This document shows positions 1 to 10,075 of a DNA stretch of 64,000 nt, piece by piece. A program made the position numbers and the translations under genes. The first letter of the stretch is position 1; the number at the start of each line of letters is the position of its first letter. The DNA is from Alphaproteobacteria bacterium UBA830. Lineage in GTDB: Bacteria; Pseudomonadota; Alphaproteobacteria; MPNO01; UBA830. Below the pieces are notes generated by a model, which was given only the letters and a program-made list of their open reading frames with translations, made no database searches and was not told where the DNA came from. The stretch is from assembly GCA_905181725.1 (NCBI GenBank), contig CAJIYX010000020.1, positions 4,513-68,512 of the forward strand, given 5' to 3'.

Positions 1-2
1 AC

Positions 3-584
3 ATGACCCTCGTCGATATCCGCCACCCGGACTTCGATGTGGAAATCGAAATTGCCTACGCCACCCCCGACAATTTCACAGGCGCGCCGGTCTATGCCCG
101 GCCCGGCTGCTATCTGCACTACGCCGCCGCGGCTGCCTTGGATGAAGCAATCCGACTGGCCGGCGTCCTGGAGCTGCGGTTTCGCATCTTTGATGCGCTG
201 CGGCCGACCGAGGCACAATGGGCGCTGTGGAATCATACCCCCGACCCGGAATTCTTGGCGGATCCACATCGCGGCTCGCCCCATTCAAGGGGTGTCGCCG
301 TCGATCTCACCTTAATCGATGCGGCGGGCAACGACCTGGATATGGGGACCGGCTTCGACGCGTTCACACCGCTCTCCCATCACGGCAATCCCGGCATTGG
401 TGCCGAAGCGCAGCGCAACCGCCATCTGCTGATGAAGATTATGACAACGGCGGGATGGGATTTTTTCCGCAACGAATGGTGGCACTATCAACTGTTCAAT
501 GCGCGTGACTACGATCTCGTGCAGGACGCCGATCTTCCGGAACCGATGATGCCCCCCGGCGCGACGAACGGCCCGGCCCCGTGA
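3..584 (+). CDS. ddpX: D-alanyl-D-alanine dipeptidase (VanX/DdpX family)
   Basis: Complete 193-aa ORF. VanX-type zinc dipeptidase motifs SPHSRGVAVDLTL and NEWWHYQL. Same length as E. coli DdpX. Confidence 0.85.
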   Translation: MTLVDIRHPDFDVEIEIAYATPDNFTGAPVYARPGCYLHYAAAAALDEAIRLAGVLELRFRIFDALRPTEAQWALWNHTPDPEFLADPHRGSPHSRGVAVDLTLIDAAGNDLDMGTGFDAFTPLSHHGNPGIGAEAQRNRHLLMKIMTTAGWDFFRNEWWHYQLFNARDYDLVQDADLPEPMMPPGATNGPAP

Positions 585-788
585 TGTCGGCCAGTGATCT
601 CAACGGTGAGCAGCGAGGATATCACATACCCCCGGCAGCGCGCCGGAAATCAACGCAAGAAGACCTTGATCTTTGTAAATCTTTTGATAACAGGCTTGTG
701 AACAGAATTATTGACGCACTACAGTGCAAACGCTAAGCGACGTCTGGGCAATCTCTGGGCAAAATTCGGGCAGCCGACAGAAATTAAG

Positions 789-1829
789 ATGAAACACTTT
801 GTTCGAAACGGAATACTGGCGCTGTCACTTGCCGTCACTGCGGGTGCGCCGTTGCCAGCCCAAACCGCGGAACCCCAGAGTTCCGCCGTCGTCGTGATGT
901 ATCATCGGTTCGGCGAAAGCGTGCATCCATCGACGAATATTCGTCTCGATCAGTTCGAGGCGCATTTGGCGGAACTGTCGAAGCCCCAATATAACGTGCT
1001 GCCGATACCGGAAATTATCGCCCGGCTGAGGGCAAAACAGCTACTGCCAGGCCGCACGGTCGGGATTTCGATCGACGATGCCTTTCTGTCTGTCTATGCC
1101 GAAGCGTTCCCCCGGCTTAAAAAAGCAGGGTTCCCCTTCACCCTGTTTGTCGCGACCAATCCGGTCGACCGCCGGATTGGCGGGTATATGAGCTGGGATC
1201 AAATCCGTGAGCTGAAGAAAGCAGGGGCGACGATCGGAAGCCAGACCCATACGCATCTGCATATGGCATCCACTAGCCCCGAGCAGAACCGTGCCGACCT
1301 GCAGAAATCGAACGAACGTTTCGGAGCCGAGCTCGGCGAGGCGCCAACGATGATCGCTTATCCGTACGGCGAATTCAGCCTGGCGGTCGGGGCGGTAGCA
1401 AAAGAAGCCGGGCATGCGACCGGCTTCGGGCAACATTCGGGCGTCCTTCACCCGGACGCCGACATGGCCTACCTGCCGCGCTTCGCCATGAATGAAAATT
1501 TTGGCGGCGATAGCCGCTTCCGGCTGGCAGTCAACGCGTTGCCGTTGAATGTCTCCGACATCTCTCCGCTCGACCCTATGCTGAAACGCGACAACAATCC
1601 GCCGATTTTCGGATTCACCGTCAACGGGCCAGCGGATCAGCGGCTTTCACGTCTGGCCTGTTATGCATCGGGCCAGGGAAAAGCAAGGCTCGAACGGCTG
1701 GGCTCCCGGGTCGAAGTTCGTCTCGAGAATGCATTTCCAAGCGGGCGTGCGCGGATAAACTGTACGATGCCAACGCGGGAAGGGCGCTGGCACTGGTACG
1801 GTCTGCAATTCTATGTGCCGAAGGGCTGA
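789..1829 (+). CDS. secreted polysaccharide deacetylase (NodB-homology) family protein
   Basis: ORF 711..1829. The ATG at 789 gives a signal-peptide-like N-terminus MKHFVRNGILALSLAVTAGAPLPAQTA. Deacetylase-like motifs VVVMYHRFGE, ISIDDAF, HTHTHLHM. Confidence 0.75.
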   Translation: MKHFVRNGILALSLAVTAGAPLPAQTAEPQSSAVVVMYHRFGESVHPSTNIRLDQFEAHLAELSKPQYNVLPIPEIIARLRAKQLLPGRTVGISIDDAFLSVYAEAFPRLKKAGFPFTLFVATNPVDRRIGGYMSWDQIRELKKAGATIGSQTHTHLHMASTSPEQNRADLQKSNERFGAELGEAPTMIAYPYGEFSLAVGAVAKEAGHATGFGQHSGVLHPDADMAYLPRFAMNENFGGDSRFRLAVNALPLNVSDISPLDPMLKRDNNPPIFGFTVNGPADQRLSRLACYASGQGKARLERLGSRVEVRLENAFPSGRARINCTMPTREGRWHWYGLQFYVPKG

Positions 1830-1877
1830 CGCTTCGCTGAGCTGGGCGCAGGATCGGGAGCAGGGTAGGGCGCAGGT

Positions 1878-2924
1878 TTAGGCGTCGGGCGAAACCGACC
1901 GACCCAGCTTGGCATCGTCAAACGCTCGTAACGTGTTGACCCGCATAATCACGCGAAGCGTCTTGATGTAATCGGCGCCACGCTCCGAATACCGCAACAG
2001 CGCACCCGCCAGACGATATCCATCAATCTCACCCGTTTCGGCCCGCATCTTGGCGCGCTCATTCCGGAAGTCACGATAAGCGGAGTGGCTGTTTAGATTA
2101 TGCGCGTAGGATTTTACCCCGTCGATCAGGTGATCGAACGCACGCACTCGGAAGGTTGTACCGTCGGGACGTTTCTCTGGAACGATACCCTTCTTGTGCG
2201 CCTTATAGGCTCTCTGGCCGAATAATGCGTTGCCTTCGCGCGCGAAGCGGGACGTTCCCCATCCGCTTTCTTCCGCCGACTGGGCAATTGCAAGCGACGG
2301 CGGGATGATATCGACATGTGCGAGCAGGGCAACTGGGTCGGCACTCTTTGCGCCGTAACGCTCCGCCGTTTCTTCAAGCCAGGCCCGATCCCGTTCGCCG
2401 GGCATACGGCCTTCGGCTTCCTGGTCGCGCAACCAGATGACGCGCGCGCGATCCTGCATGATCAGCTCATTGACGTGCAGAATAAGCGGCAGGGTCGATT
2501 TGATGAATGTCGTTTTACGCAATTCGGCACGCGGCTGGTGCCTTAAATCCTGCGGCAGGGTCGCCAGAAACAGGCGCGGCACTTCTCCGTGGACCCGCAC
2601 ACCTTCAATGTCGTAGCCGATATCACGGAACAAATCCCACAATTTACTAGTCGAATGGGCGAGGGTCACGTCGAGCGGTTTCGCCAGCGCGGCCTCACCA
2701 ACACCGGTTGTCGCGAAGCGTACCTTCGTCTTTGAAATCGGCAGGTTGGCGGCAGGGGCCGAATTCTGCGCCCCGGCTGCGTGACCCGCATCAGTCGGCG
2801 CAAAATCAATTTTTGTCAGCGCCCCGACGGCGAACATGCCGGTGGCGCCCGCAATAAGCACCGCAATTGCGGTCTTGTGAAACATCACACCCGTCCCCGC
2901 GGGGGCTTTAACCGATCTGGCCAT
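1878..2924 (-). CDS. glucosaminidase-domain protein (Bax/FlgJ-like muramidase)
   Basis: ORF 1878..3032. The internal ATG at 2924 is preceded by a GGATGG Shine-Dalgarno-like sequence. TM/signal segment present, plus glucosaminidase motif AQSAEESGWGTSRFAREGNALFGQ. Confidence 0.7.
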   Translation of the reverse strand: MARSVKAPAGTGVMFHKTAIAVLIAGATGMFAVGALTKIDFAPTDAGHAAGAQNSAPAANLPISKTKVRFATTGVGEAALAKPLDVTLAHSTSKLWDLFRDIGYDIEGVRVHGEVPRLFLATLPQDLRHQPRAELRKTTFIKSTLPLILHVNELIMQDRARVIWLRDQEAEGRMPGERDRAWLEETAERYGAKSADPVALLAHVDIIPPSLAIAQSAEESGWGTSRFAREGNALFGQRAYKAHKKGIVPEKRPDGTTFRVRAFDHLIDGVKSYAHNLNSHSAYRDFRNERAKMRAETGEIDGYRLAGALLRYSERGADYIKTLRVIMRVNTLRAFDDAKLGRSVSPDA

Positions 2925-3038
2925 GTCCCATCCATCCTTTCGACTCCGCCCAATTTTTTGTGGGTCGGTTTCGTTTTCCCGTTTCTTCCGCGATCGCGTT
3001 GCGGCCCCGTGCCGGCCTCGTCGGTGCGCCAAAAGGAG

Positions 3039-3599
3039 CTATTCGATCGCCTCGACCCTAAGCACGTCGGGCACGTAGTGTTTCAGCAAATTCTCGACAC
3101 CCATTTTAAGTGTCGCCGTTGAACTCGGGCAGCCGACGCAGGCACCCTGCAGGCTCAGGTAAACGACACCGCGCTCAAACCCGCGATAAACGATATCGCC
3201 GCCATCCAGCGCCACCGACGGTCTTATCCGCGTGTCGAGCAACTCCTTGATCTGCCCGACGACCTCGTCTTCTTCCGCGTCATCTTCGGTGCCGGCGTCA
3301 TGTTCTTCGGCAGGCAGCACAACAGGATCTCCCGAAGCGAAATGCGCTTCGATTGCCGCGGTGACAAACGGCTCAAGCGCCTGCCAGTCCGCCGTCTCGC
3401 TTTTCGCTACCGATACAAATTCAGCCCCGAAAAACACCCCCCTCACCCCGTCGATCCCGAATAGCCGAAGCGCCAGAGGCGCTTTCTCCGCCATGTCCGG
3501 CGACGCAAAATTCGCCGTCCCCGCCGTCATTACCAGGCAACCGGGAATGAATTTAAGCGTGGCGGGATTGGGCGTTGCTTCGGTAACGACGTTAATCAT
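3039..3599 (-). CDS. NifU/Nfu-type iron-sulfur cluster scaffold protein
   Basis: 186 aa. Nfu N-terminal domain (TPNPATLKFIPG) and C-terminal CxxC motif (LQGACVGCPSS). Terminates with TAG. Confidence 0.85.
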   Translation of the reverse strand: MINVVTEATPNPATLKFIPGCLVMTAGTANFASPDMAEKAPLALRLFGIDGVRGVFFGAEFVSVAKSETADWQALEPFVTAAIEAHFASGDPVVLPAEEHDAGTEDDAEEDEVVGQIKELLDTRIRPSVALDGGDIVYRGFERGVVYLSLQGACVGCPSSTATLKMGVENLLKHYVPDVLRVEAIE

Positions 3600-3954
3600 T
3601 CAGGGTCATCACGGCCTGTTATTCGCGACGGTTTTCGAAGGTCTCAACCGTCATTCGATGAGGAGAAATTGGGTTAAGCGGAAGTTAAGATCAACCTGAA
3701 AACAGGGGTCATGGATTCGCCCTGTTGCAACCCGTTGATATTGAGGCCGCTTTCAAATCATTTCGCATGCGGAAAGTTATTGGGTTTCGGCAATTATGGT
3801 TAATTTGACGTGAACAGCATCGCTGTCACCCGGTCGGGACACAGCCCTTGACTGCCGGTCCCCAAGTAGAAAACCGCAGAAATTAAACATTACGGTCACT
3901 GGAATAACGACTGAGGACAGCTGAAAGGAAGAATCGAACGACAGCTTCAGGCGA

Positions 3955-5004
3955 TCAGGTGCGCCATCGCAAGGTCGTTTCCGACAAGGGATTTTCAAAC
4001 GCTTTGCCAGCAGCCGCGCTGCGTTCCCACTCGTTTTTCAACCGAAAATACCACTTCGCCTGCTGGTCGGGCTGACCGGTCAGACGCAGATCGGGATCCC
4101 AGCGAAGACCCCTGGCCTGTTTTTCGAACACCGCCTGATCCTGTCCAAGAAAGGACCGCACAAAGGGCATAGCAAGCGGTTTGAACAGGGTCAGCCACGG
4201 CATGGACCACCACATCATATGGGTGGTGAGCGTGCGGTTCTCATCGACCGGCGTACACGCGGTCATCCCGCAGTAAAAATTCCTGCCGGCACTGATATGC
4301 TCGATCCGGATACCGGGGAGAGCAAAGGCAATCTGGACCTCGGGCGCGCCGCCGAGCAACCGGTAGACCTTTGAATTCGACGACGCGCGGTGAACCGTCA
4401 TGTCGAACCCGAGCGGTGTCGGCGCGAAATGCTTTTCCTTGTCACGCCGTTCGCCGGGCCTGCGCCACCACCACGATTCATGCACATGCGGCGTATGGGC
4501 CGGGTCAATCAGCCCGACCACCGCGTGGTCGATATTCACCGGAAATTCGAGCGCGTGGACGATCTGCGGCGCGGCGTCACCGACATCCGGCACCTCGGGA
4601 GCCGCAATATCGGCGCCGTCGCCGTCACCGAACCAGATCCAGATAATACCCTGGCGTTCGCGCACCGGAAAGCTGCCCACCGTGATCTTTGCCAGATCGA
4701 CCGGGTCATCTGCGACAAGGGCAGGAATAGACGTACAGCATCCGTGGCGATCGAAGGTCCAGCCGTGATAGCAGCATTCGACCTCGTCGCCCCGGATACG
4801 CCCGGCAGATAACGGCGCACCGCGATGAGGACAGTTATCGCGCAGCGCGAATACGTCACCGCCCGCCATGCGGCCGAATACGACCGGCTGCCCGCAGAGT
4901 TCCCGATGCACAAGCTTGCCGGCGCCGACATCGCGCGAGGCGATGCCGAAATACCAGATATTGCGCAGGATCATTGGGGATGCAGTCAAGGAAGGCGGGG
5001 CCAA
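3955..5004 (-). CDS. Rieske [2Fe-2S] domain oxygenase (PaO/aromatic-ring-hydroxylase-like)
   Basis: Rieske motif CPHRGAPLS...CCYHGWTF. The start is either TTG at 5004 or ATG at 4974 (MILRNIWYFG). Confidence 0.8.
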   Translation of the reverse strand: MAPPSLTASPMILRNIWYFGIASRDVGAGKLVHRELCGQPVVFGRMAGGDVFALRDNCPHRGAPLSAGRIRGDEVECCYHGWTFDRHGCCTSIPALVADDPVDLAKITVGSFPVRERQGIIWIWFGDGDGADIAAPEVPDVGDAAPQIVHALEFPVNIDHAVVGLIDPAHTPHVHESWWWRRPGERRDKEKHFAPTPLGFDMTVHRASSNSKVYRLLGGAPEVQIAFALPGIRIEHISAGRNFYCGMTACTPVDENRTLTTHMMWWSMPWLTLFKPLAMPFVRSFLGQDQAVFEKQARGLRWDPDLRLTGQPDQQAKWYFRLKNEWERSAAAGKAFENPLSETTLRWRT

Positions 5005-5018
5005 TACCGGAACAAGCG

Positions 5019-5558
5019 TCAGGTCAGCATATCGAGCTGTTCAGACGACAGTGTTCCCGGCACGATGGTGATCGGAATCGGGAACTTGCCGGACAACTTG
5101 CCGCCGATAGACGATACCAGCGGCCCCGGGCCCTTCTTGTCGGTACCGGCGCCAAGTACCAGGATCGAGATCCGCGGTTCTTCCTCGATGAGGGCGAGAA
5201 TGGTTTCGGCAGATTTACCCTCGCGTATGTAAAGCGTCGGCAGTTCGCCGGTCCATTCCTGAACCTGCGAAGAATGCTTGTGCAGAAAATCCTCGGCTTC
5301 GGCACGACCCTCTTCGCGCATTTTTTCTTCGACGGCCATCCAATGCTGAAATTCCGCCGGTTCCATGATGTAGAGGAGGGCAAGACGTCCCCCCGTCCGC
5401 CGGGCACGGCAGGCCGCGAAATAAATGGCGTTGATGCATTCCTGTGTATTGTCGACAACACAGAGAAAGACACGGTTGCTCCGCGCGGACGGATCCGGCG
5501 GCGCGGCATCCTCGAACGCCGTTTCTTCCGGCTCGGTATCGGCAATCTCATCGTTCAT
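5019..5558 (-). CDS. universal stress protein (UspA) family
   Basis: 179 aa. USP-like fold signature: VFLCVVDNT... then C-terminal PGPLVSSIGGKLSGKFPIPITIVPG. Confidence 0.7.
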   Translation of the reverse strand: MNDEIADTEPEETAFEDAAPPDPSARSNRVFLCVVDNTQECINAIYFAACRARRTGGRLALLYIMEPAEFQHWMAVEEKMREEGRAEAEDFLHKHSSQVQEWTGELPTLYIREGKSAETILALIEEEPRISILVLGAGTDKKGPGPLVSSIGGKLSGKFPIPITIVPGTLSSEQLDMLT

Positions 5559-5560
5559 GG

Positions 5561-6316
5561 TCAGGCCCTTCTGAAGATAACGCCAGCGAACCAGCCTGCC
5601 ATAAGCGCGATTGCAATAGCAATCGCGCCATACCAGGCGGCATGATCGTGTGCGAAGTCGTATATCTTTGCTTCAAGACCGACCTTCTGGACAGTCAGTG
5701 GCGTTTTCTCGCTGCTGACGAGCTGGCCGTTCTTGAAAAGATGGACAGTCACCTGATAGGTCCCGATCGGCACATTCACCGGAAACGGGATCGTTGAGCG
5801 AAACAGACGCCCGCGGATGATCTTTAGGTCGGACATGTCCTCGCTATAGAGCGCCTGACGTTTTTTGGTGCGAATAAACGCCTCGCGAAACGTCAGAACA
5901 CTCGCGGCGTCGCCCGCCGTCCGCGTAAAAAGATCGATCCGGTCAGAGCCGATCTGCAGTTTTTCGAGAATTGCCGGCGCCGCGATTTCATCCAGTGGTT
6001 TCGATGCCGCAGTCCGGTAATAGGCCGGCGCTTTTTCGAACGTTACCGACGCACCGTTCACCCAGATCCCGGCGACCCGTTCCTTCCGGCGGATGATCTC
6101 GTCCCGTCTCGGGCCCTCAACCGTAACCACGATATCGCCGGAACCTTCGGTGGCACCGAACAGGAGCAGTTCAGCGCCGGTAAACCCGGTCGAGATCGCC
6201 ACTTCGCGGGTAGACAGATCGACGACGATACTCTGTGCCGCCGCCGGCGCCGCAAGGAAAAGAGCACCAAAAATCGCACAGCATCGGGCAAAGCGTCTCT
6301 TCACAGGGAACATCAA
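5561..6316 (-). CDS. TIGR02186-like alphaproteobacterial membrane protein (function unknown)
   Basis: 251 aa with an N-terminal signal sequence and a C-terminal TM segment. Its start overlaps the stop of the upstream TauE gene (TTGA/TGATG overlap), implying translational coupling. Confidence 0.6.
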   Translation of the reverse strand: MMFPVKRRFARCCAIFGALFLAAPAAAQSIVVDLSTREVAISTGFTGAELLLFGATEGSGDIVVTVEGPRRDEIIRRKERVAGIWVNGASVTFEKAPAYYRTAASKPLDEIAAPAILEKLQIGSDRIDLFTRTAGDAASVLTFREAFIRTKKRQALYSEDMSDLKIIRGRLFRSTIPFPVNVPIGTYQVTVHLFKNGQLVSSEKTPLTVQKVGLEAKIYDFAHDHAAWYGAIAIAIALMAGWFAGVIFRRA

Positions 6317-7233
6317 TGTGTACCCCCGATACCCAGCGAGTACAGGTTATCCGGCGTCACCACCAAGGTCCAGGCGACGCGTGCACAGACCGCGAGCACA
6401 ATCAGCCCCAGCGCAATACGCACCTCTTCGCCCCGCAACCGCGATCCAACGCGGGCGCCGATCTGCGCGCCGAAGACGCTGCCGACAACCAGCAGCATGG
6501 CGAGCACAATATCGACGGTCTGGTTGTTGACCGATTGCAGAAACGTGACGTTTGCGGTGACAAAGACGATCTGGAAAAGCGATGTGCCGACGACAACCGA
6601 GGTCGGCATTCCCAGCAGATAGATCATTGCCGGAACCATGACGAAGCCACCGCCGACGCCCATGATGGCCGCGAGGATACCTACAAAGACACCGATGCCG
6701 AGTGGCAACAAGGCGCTGATATAGAGCTTCGAGCGCCGGAACCGCATCTTGAACGGCAGACCGTGGAGCCAGGTGTGATAGTGCAGCTTGCGGCGCGGTG
6801 CCGACGGATTGCGACTGCGAAACCACGCGCGCACGCTTTCCACCACCATCAGCGCGCCGACGATGCCAAGAAAGAGCACGTAGGAAACCGCGATCACGAA
6901 ATCGATCTGGCCGATCCCACGCAGGAAGGTAAACAGCGAGACGCCAAGCGTAGAGCCGATAAATCCGCCGATCATCAGGACAATGCCCATCCGGAAATCG
7001 ACGTTGCCTCGGCGCCAGTGGGCCAGCGCGCCAGATACGGAAGCTGCGACGACCTGGTTGGCTTCGGTTCCTACCGCGACAGCCGGTGGCACACCGATAA
7101 AGATCAGCAGCGGCGTCATCAGAAAGCCGCCGCCGACGCCAAACATACCCGACAGAAAGCCCACCATACCTCCGAGCCCAAGCAGCATAAGCGCATTGAG
7201 CGACATTTCGGCGATTGGCAGGTAAATCTGCAT
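6313..7233 (-). CDS. sulfite exporter TauE/SafE (DUF81) family permease
   Basis: 306 aa, polytopic and glycine-rich TM protein with the internal duplication typical of TauE/SafE. Confidence 0.8.
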   Translation of the reverse strand: MQIYLPIAEMSLNALMLLGLGGMVGFLSGMFGVGGGFLMTPLLIFIGVPPAVAVGTEANQVVAASVSGALAHWRRGNVDFRMGIVLMIGGFIGSTLGVSLFTFLRGIGQIDFVIAVSYVLFLGIVGALMVVESVRAWFRSRNPSAPRRKLHYHTWLHGLPFKMRFRRSKLYISALLPLGIGVFVGILAAIMGVGGGFVMVPAMIYLLGMPTSVVVGTSLFQIVFVTANVTFLQSVNNQTVDIVLAMLLVVGSVFGAQIGARVGSRLRGEEVRIALGLIVLAVCARVAWTLVVTPDNLYSLGIGGTH

Positions 7234-7381
7234 GGTCGGATCTTATTGGATGTATGCGAACGAGGTCTTTTTGCGCCCTTCGATCCTGCGACGCAAGGGG
7301 GCGTCGGTCATAGGCGTCACCTTGTCACACATATCTCGGTTGCGCGTATCCCGGCGACGGCCAGTCGGCAGCAGACCCGTT

Positions 7382-8380
7382 TCAGGATGAAATCAGGCCA
7401 ACGATTTCGTGGATTTCGCGCAGGATGGGATCGGTGAGTGCGCGCGCCCGCTCTGCACCATCAGCAAGGACGGCATCTATGTGACCGGGGTCGGCCATCA
7501 GCTTGCGCATCTCATCCGATATGGGTGCGAGTTTCTCGATCGCCAGGTCGGCAAGGGCCGGCTTGAAATCACCGAACCCGCGCCCGCCGAATTCCTGCAG
7601 TACGTCGGCCGACGTCTGACCGGAAAGCGCCGCATAAATACCGACGAGGTTGGCGGCTTCCGGCCGTTCTTTCAGGCCGTCTGTTTCCGACGGAAGCTCT
7701 TCGGGGTCGGTTTTTGCCCGCCGGATTTTTTTCGAAATCTCATCCGCCGTATCCGTGAACGTAATTCGCGACTGGTCCGACGGATCGGATTTCGACATTT
7801 TCTTCGATCCGTCCCGCAGGCTCATGACGCGGGTCGCCTCGCCGAAAATCAGCGGCTCAACGATCGGAAAGAACTCGACACCGAAATCGGTATTGAATTT
7901 CTGGGCGATGTCGCGTGTCAATTCCAGGTGCTGCTTCTGATCTTCACCGACCGGCACATGTGTCGCCTTATAGGCCATGATGTCGGCCGCCATCAGGTTC
8001 GGATAGGCATAAAGCCCGACCGAGGCGGTTTCGCGGTGCTTGCCCGCCTTTTCCTTGAACTGGGTCATCCGGTTCAGCCAGCCGAGCCGCGAGACGCAGT
8101 TGAAGATCCAGGCCAGCTGCGCGTGGGCAGATACCTGGCTCTGATTGAAGATGATGCTACCCTTCGGATCGATGCCGGCGGCGAGGAAGGCTGCCGTCAC
8201 CTCCCGCGTATTGCCGACAAGTTCTTTCGGATCCTGCCATACGGTGATCGCGTGCAGATCGACGACGCAATAGATGCATTCGTAATCGTTCTGCAGGCCG
8301 ACGAAGTTTCGGATCGCGCCCAGGTAATTGCCGAGGTGCAGATTGCCGGTCGGCTGCACGCCGGAGAAGATCCGGTTCAT
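7382..8380 (-). CDS. trpS: tryptophan--tRNA ligase
   Basis: 332 aa. Class I aaRS motifs (GNLHLGNY as the HIGH variant, KMSKS). End-to-end TrpRS-like. Confidence 0.95.
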   Translation of the reverse strand: MNRIFSGVQPTGNLHLGNYLGAIRNFVGLQNDYECIYCVVDLHAITVWQDPKELVGNTREVTAAFLAAGIDPKGSIIFNQSQVSAHAQLAWIFNCVSRLGWLNRMTQFKEKAGKHRETASVGLYAYPNLMAADIMAYKATHVPVGEDQKQHLELTRDIAQKFNTDFGVEFFPIVEPLIFGEATRVMSLRDGSKKMSKSDPSDQSRITFTDTADEISKKIRRAKTDPEELPSETDGLKERPEAANLVGIYAALSGQTSADVLQEFGGRGFGDFKPALADLAIEKLAPISDEMRKLMADPGHIDAVLADGAERARALTDPILREIHEIVGLISS

Positions 8381-8421
8381 CGTGAAATATCCCGTAGTGT
8401 GAAAGCGCGCGGGTTATCGCC

Positions 8422-9972
8422 TCAACCCGACGAACGGTCAAGCAGGCGCTTGATATCGGCGAGCCGAGCGGCACCGAAACCGACCGCTGCTGCTGCAAAC
8501 ACGACCAGGCCCAGCGCAACCAGGACGGCGAGAACAACGGCGGCACGGGCCGCATCCGCATCCGCGATGCCGGAAAGCACATCCTGTGCGAACCACAACG
8601 CACCCCCCATCGCCGCACTTGCCAGCAATATCCTGGGGATCGCGCGCCGCAGCCGCGCATCGGCCACGAAATGCCCCCGACGCACAAGCAGCCACGCCAG
8701 AAGCCCGGCATTGATCCACGCCGATATAGCCGTCGCGAGGGCGATGCCGACATGCAGCAACGGCCCCATCAGTGCGAGATTAAGGAACAGATTGATGGCT
8801 ACACAGAACGCTGCGACCTTCACCGGCGTCGCCGTATCTTCCCGCGCGAAAAAGCCGGGGGCGAGCACCTTTATCAGCACATAGGCCGGCAGACCGAGCG
8901 CGTAAGCCGCCAGCGCCGCAGACGTCGCCGCGGTTTCGGCGACACCGAATGCGCCGCGTTCGAAGAGCACCGACACGATCAGGTCCGGCATCACCATCAG
9001 CGCGATCGCTCCCGGTAACGTCAGTAGCAGGGCGAATTCAAGGGCGCGGTTCGTGCTGGCCGTGGCGGCGGCATCGTCACCGGCGCGCAGCTGGCGCGAC
9101 AAGAGCGGCAGAAGTGCGGTGCCCACTGCCACGCCGATCACACCGAGCGGCAACTGGTTTATCCGATCCGCGTAATACAGGAACGACACCGACCCGCTCG
9201 GCAGAAGCGAGGAAATTACCACGTCAATCAGCAGGTTGATCTGTACAACACCAGCCCCGATCACCCCCGGCAGCATCAGGAACAGCAGCCGCTTTACCCG
9301 CGGCGTCAGCCGGGGCCGCAGCAGTCGCAGCCGGAATTCCGCCCGGTGGCAGGCGACCATCAGCCAGATAAATTGTGCCGCCCCGGCCACGGCGACGCCC
9401 CAGGCCAGCGCATGACCGGGTGTCTCGAGGAATGGCGACAAACCCAGAATCGCGCCAATCAGGCAGAGATTGAGAATGATCGGCGTCGCCGCCGCCGCGG
9501 CAAACCGGCCCAGCGAATTGAGCACGCCGCCAAGCTGCGAGACGAGCGAGATAAACAACAGATAGGGAAACGTGACCTGCGCCAGCTCAACCGCCAGACC
9601 GAAGCGGTAGGGATCGTCCGCAAAGCCCGGCGCAAAGCCATACATGACCCAGGGCATCGCGACCTGAAGGGCCGTCACGAAGAACAGCAGGGTGACGACA
9701 AAAACGGAGAGCACTTCCTCGGTAAAGGCGCGCGCGGCGTCGCGCCCGCCTTCCGACATCTGTCGCGTAAACAGTGGCACAAAGGCGGCATTGAAGGCGC
9801 CTTCGGCAAACAGGCGGCGGAAAAAATTCGGTAGCTTGAAAGCCACGAAAAATGCGTCGGCCACCGGCCCTGCACCCAGCGTCGCCGCAATCAGGATATC
9901 GCGGGTGAACCCCAGCAGGCGGCTGATCATTGTGTAGCCACCAACAGTGGCGATGGAACGGAGCAGGGCCAT
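8422..9972 (-). CDS. murJ: lipid II flippase MurJ (MviN)
   Basis: 516 aa polytopic protein. Canonical MurJ N-terminus ISRLLGFTRDILIAATLGAGPVADAFFVAFKLPNFFRRLFAEGAF. Confidence 0.9.
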   Translation of the reverse strand: MALLRSIATVGGYTMISRLLGFTRDILIAATLGAGPVADAFFVAFKLPNFFRRLFAEGAFNAAFVPLFTRQMSEGGRDAARAFTEEVLSVFVVTLLFFVTALQVAMPWVMYGFAPGFADDPYRFGLAVELAQVTFPYLLFISLVSQLGGVLNSLGRFAAAAATPIILNLCLIGAILGLSPFLETPGHALAWGVAVAGAAQFIWLMVACHRAEFRLRLLRPRLTPRVKRLLFLMLPGVIGAGVVQINLLIDVVISSLLPSGSVSFLYYADRINQLPLGVIGVAVGTALLPLLSRQLRAGDDAAATASTNRALEFALLLTLPGAIALMVMPDLIVSVLFERGAFGVAETAATSAALAAYALGLPAYVLIKVLAPGFFAREDTATPVKVAAFCVAINLFLNLALMGPLLHVGIALATAISAWINAGLLAWLLVRRGHFVADARLRRAIPRILLASAAMGGALWFAQDVLSGIADADAARAAVVLAVLVALGLVVFAAAAVGFGAARLADIKRLLDRSSG

Positions 9973-10075
9973 ACCGCTTACACCCTCCTAAAGGTCGCCA
10001 GACGGCGATTGCGGGCCGGGTTGCGTTCCATGGAGATCAATATCGGCCCGAATTGCGGCGTGGCAATGGCATGGC

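Noticed and set aside
3600-3954. A 355-bp gene-free, relatively AT-rich spacer between the nfu-like and Rieske genes. It holds a 7-bp hairpin (3701..3726) and a 30-codon Cys-containing ORF (3711..3803, MDSPCCNPLILRPLSNHFACGKLLGFGNYG).
   Set aside because: The small ORF has a poorly spaced Shine-Dalgarno sequence (AGGGG only 2 nt from the ATG) and no recognisable family. The hairpin is short and lacks a clean T-tract. The spacer is adequately explained as the Rieske-operon terminator plus the nfu promoter. An sRNA cannot be called without expression or conservation data.
6235-8884. Long plus-strand ORFs (6235..7437, 400 aa; 7409..8884, 491 aa) opposite tauE, trpS and murJ.
   Set aside because: These are antisense shadows of real genes, typical of high-GC DNA. 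Their products are Arg/His/Asp/Gly-rich low-complexity strings with no recognisable domain. The same reasoning rejects 17273..18130, 27693..28613, 35317..36291, 43238..43936, 51482..52444, 62224..62928 and the many shorter overlapping ORFs in the track.
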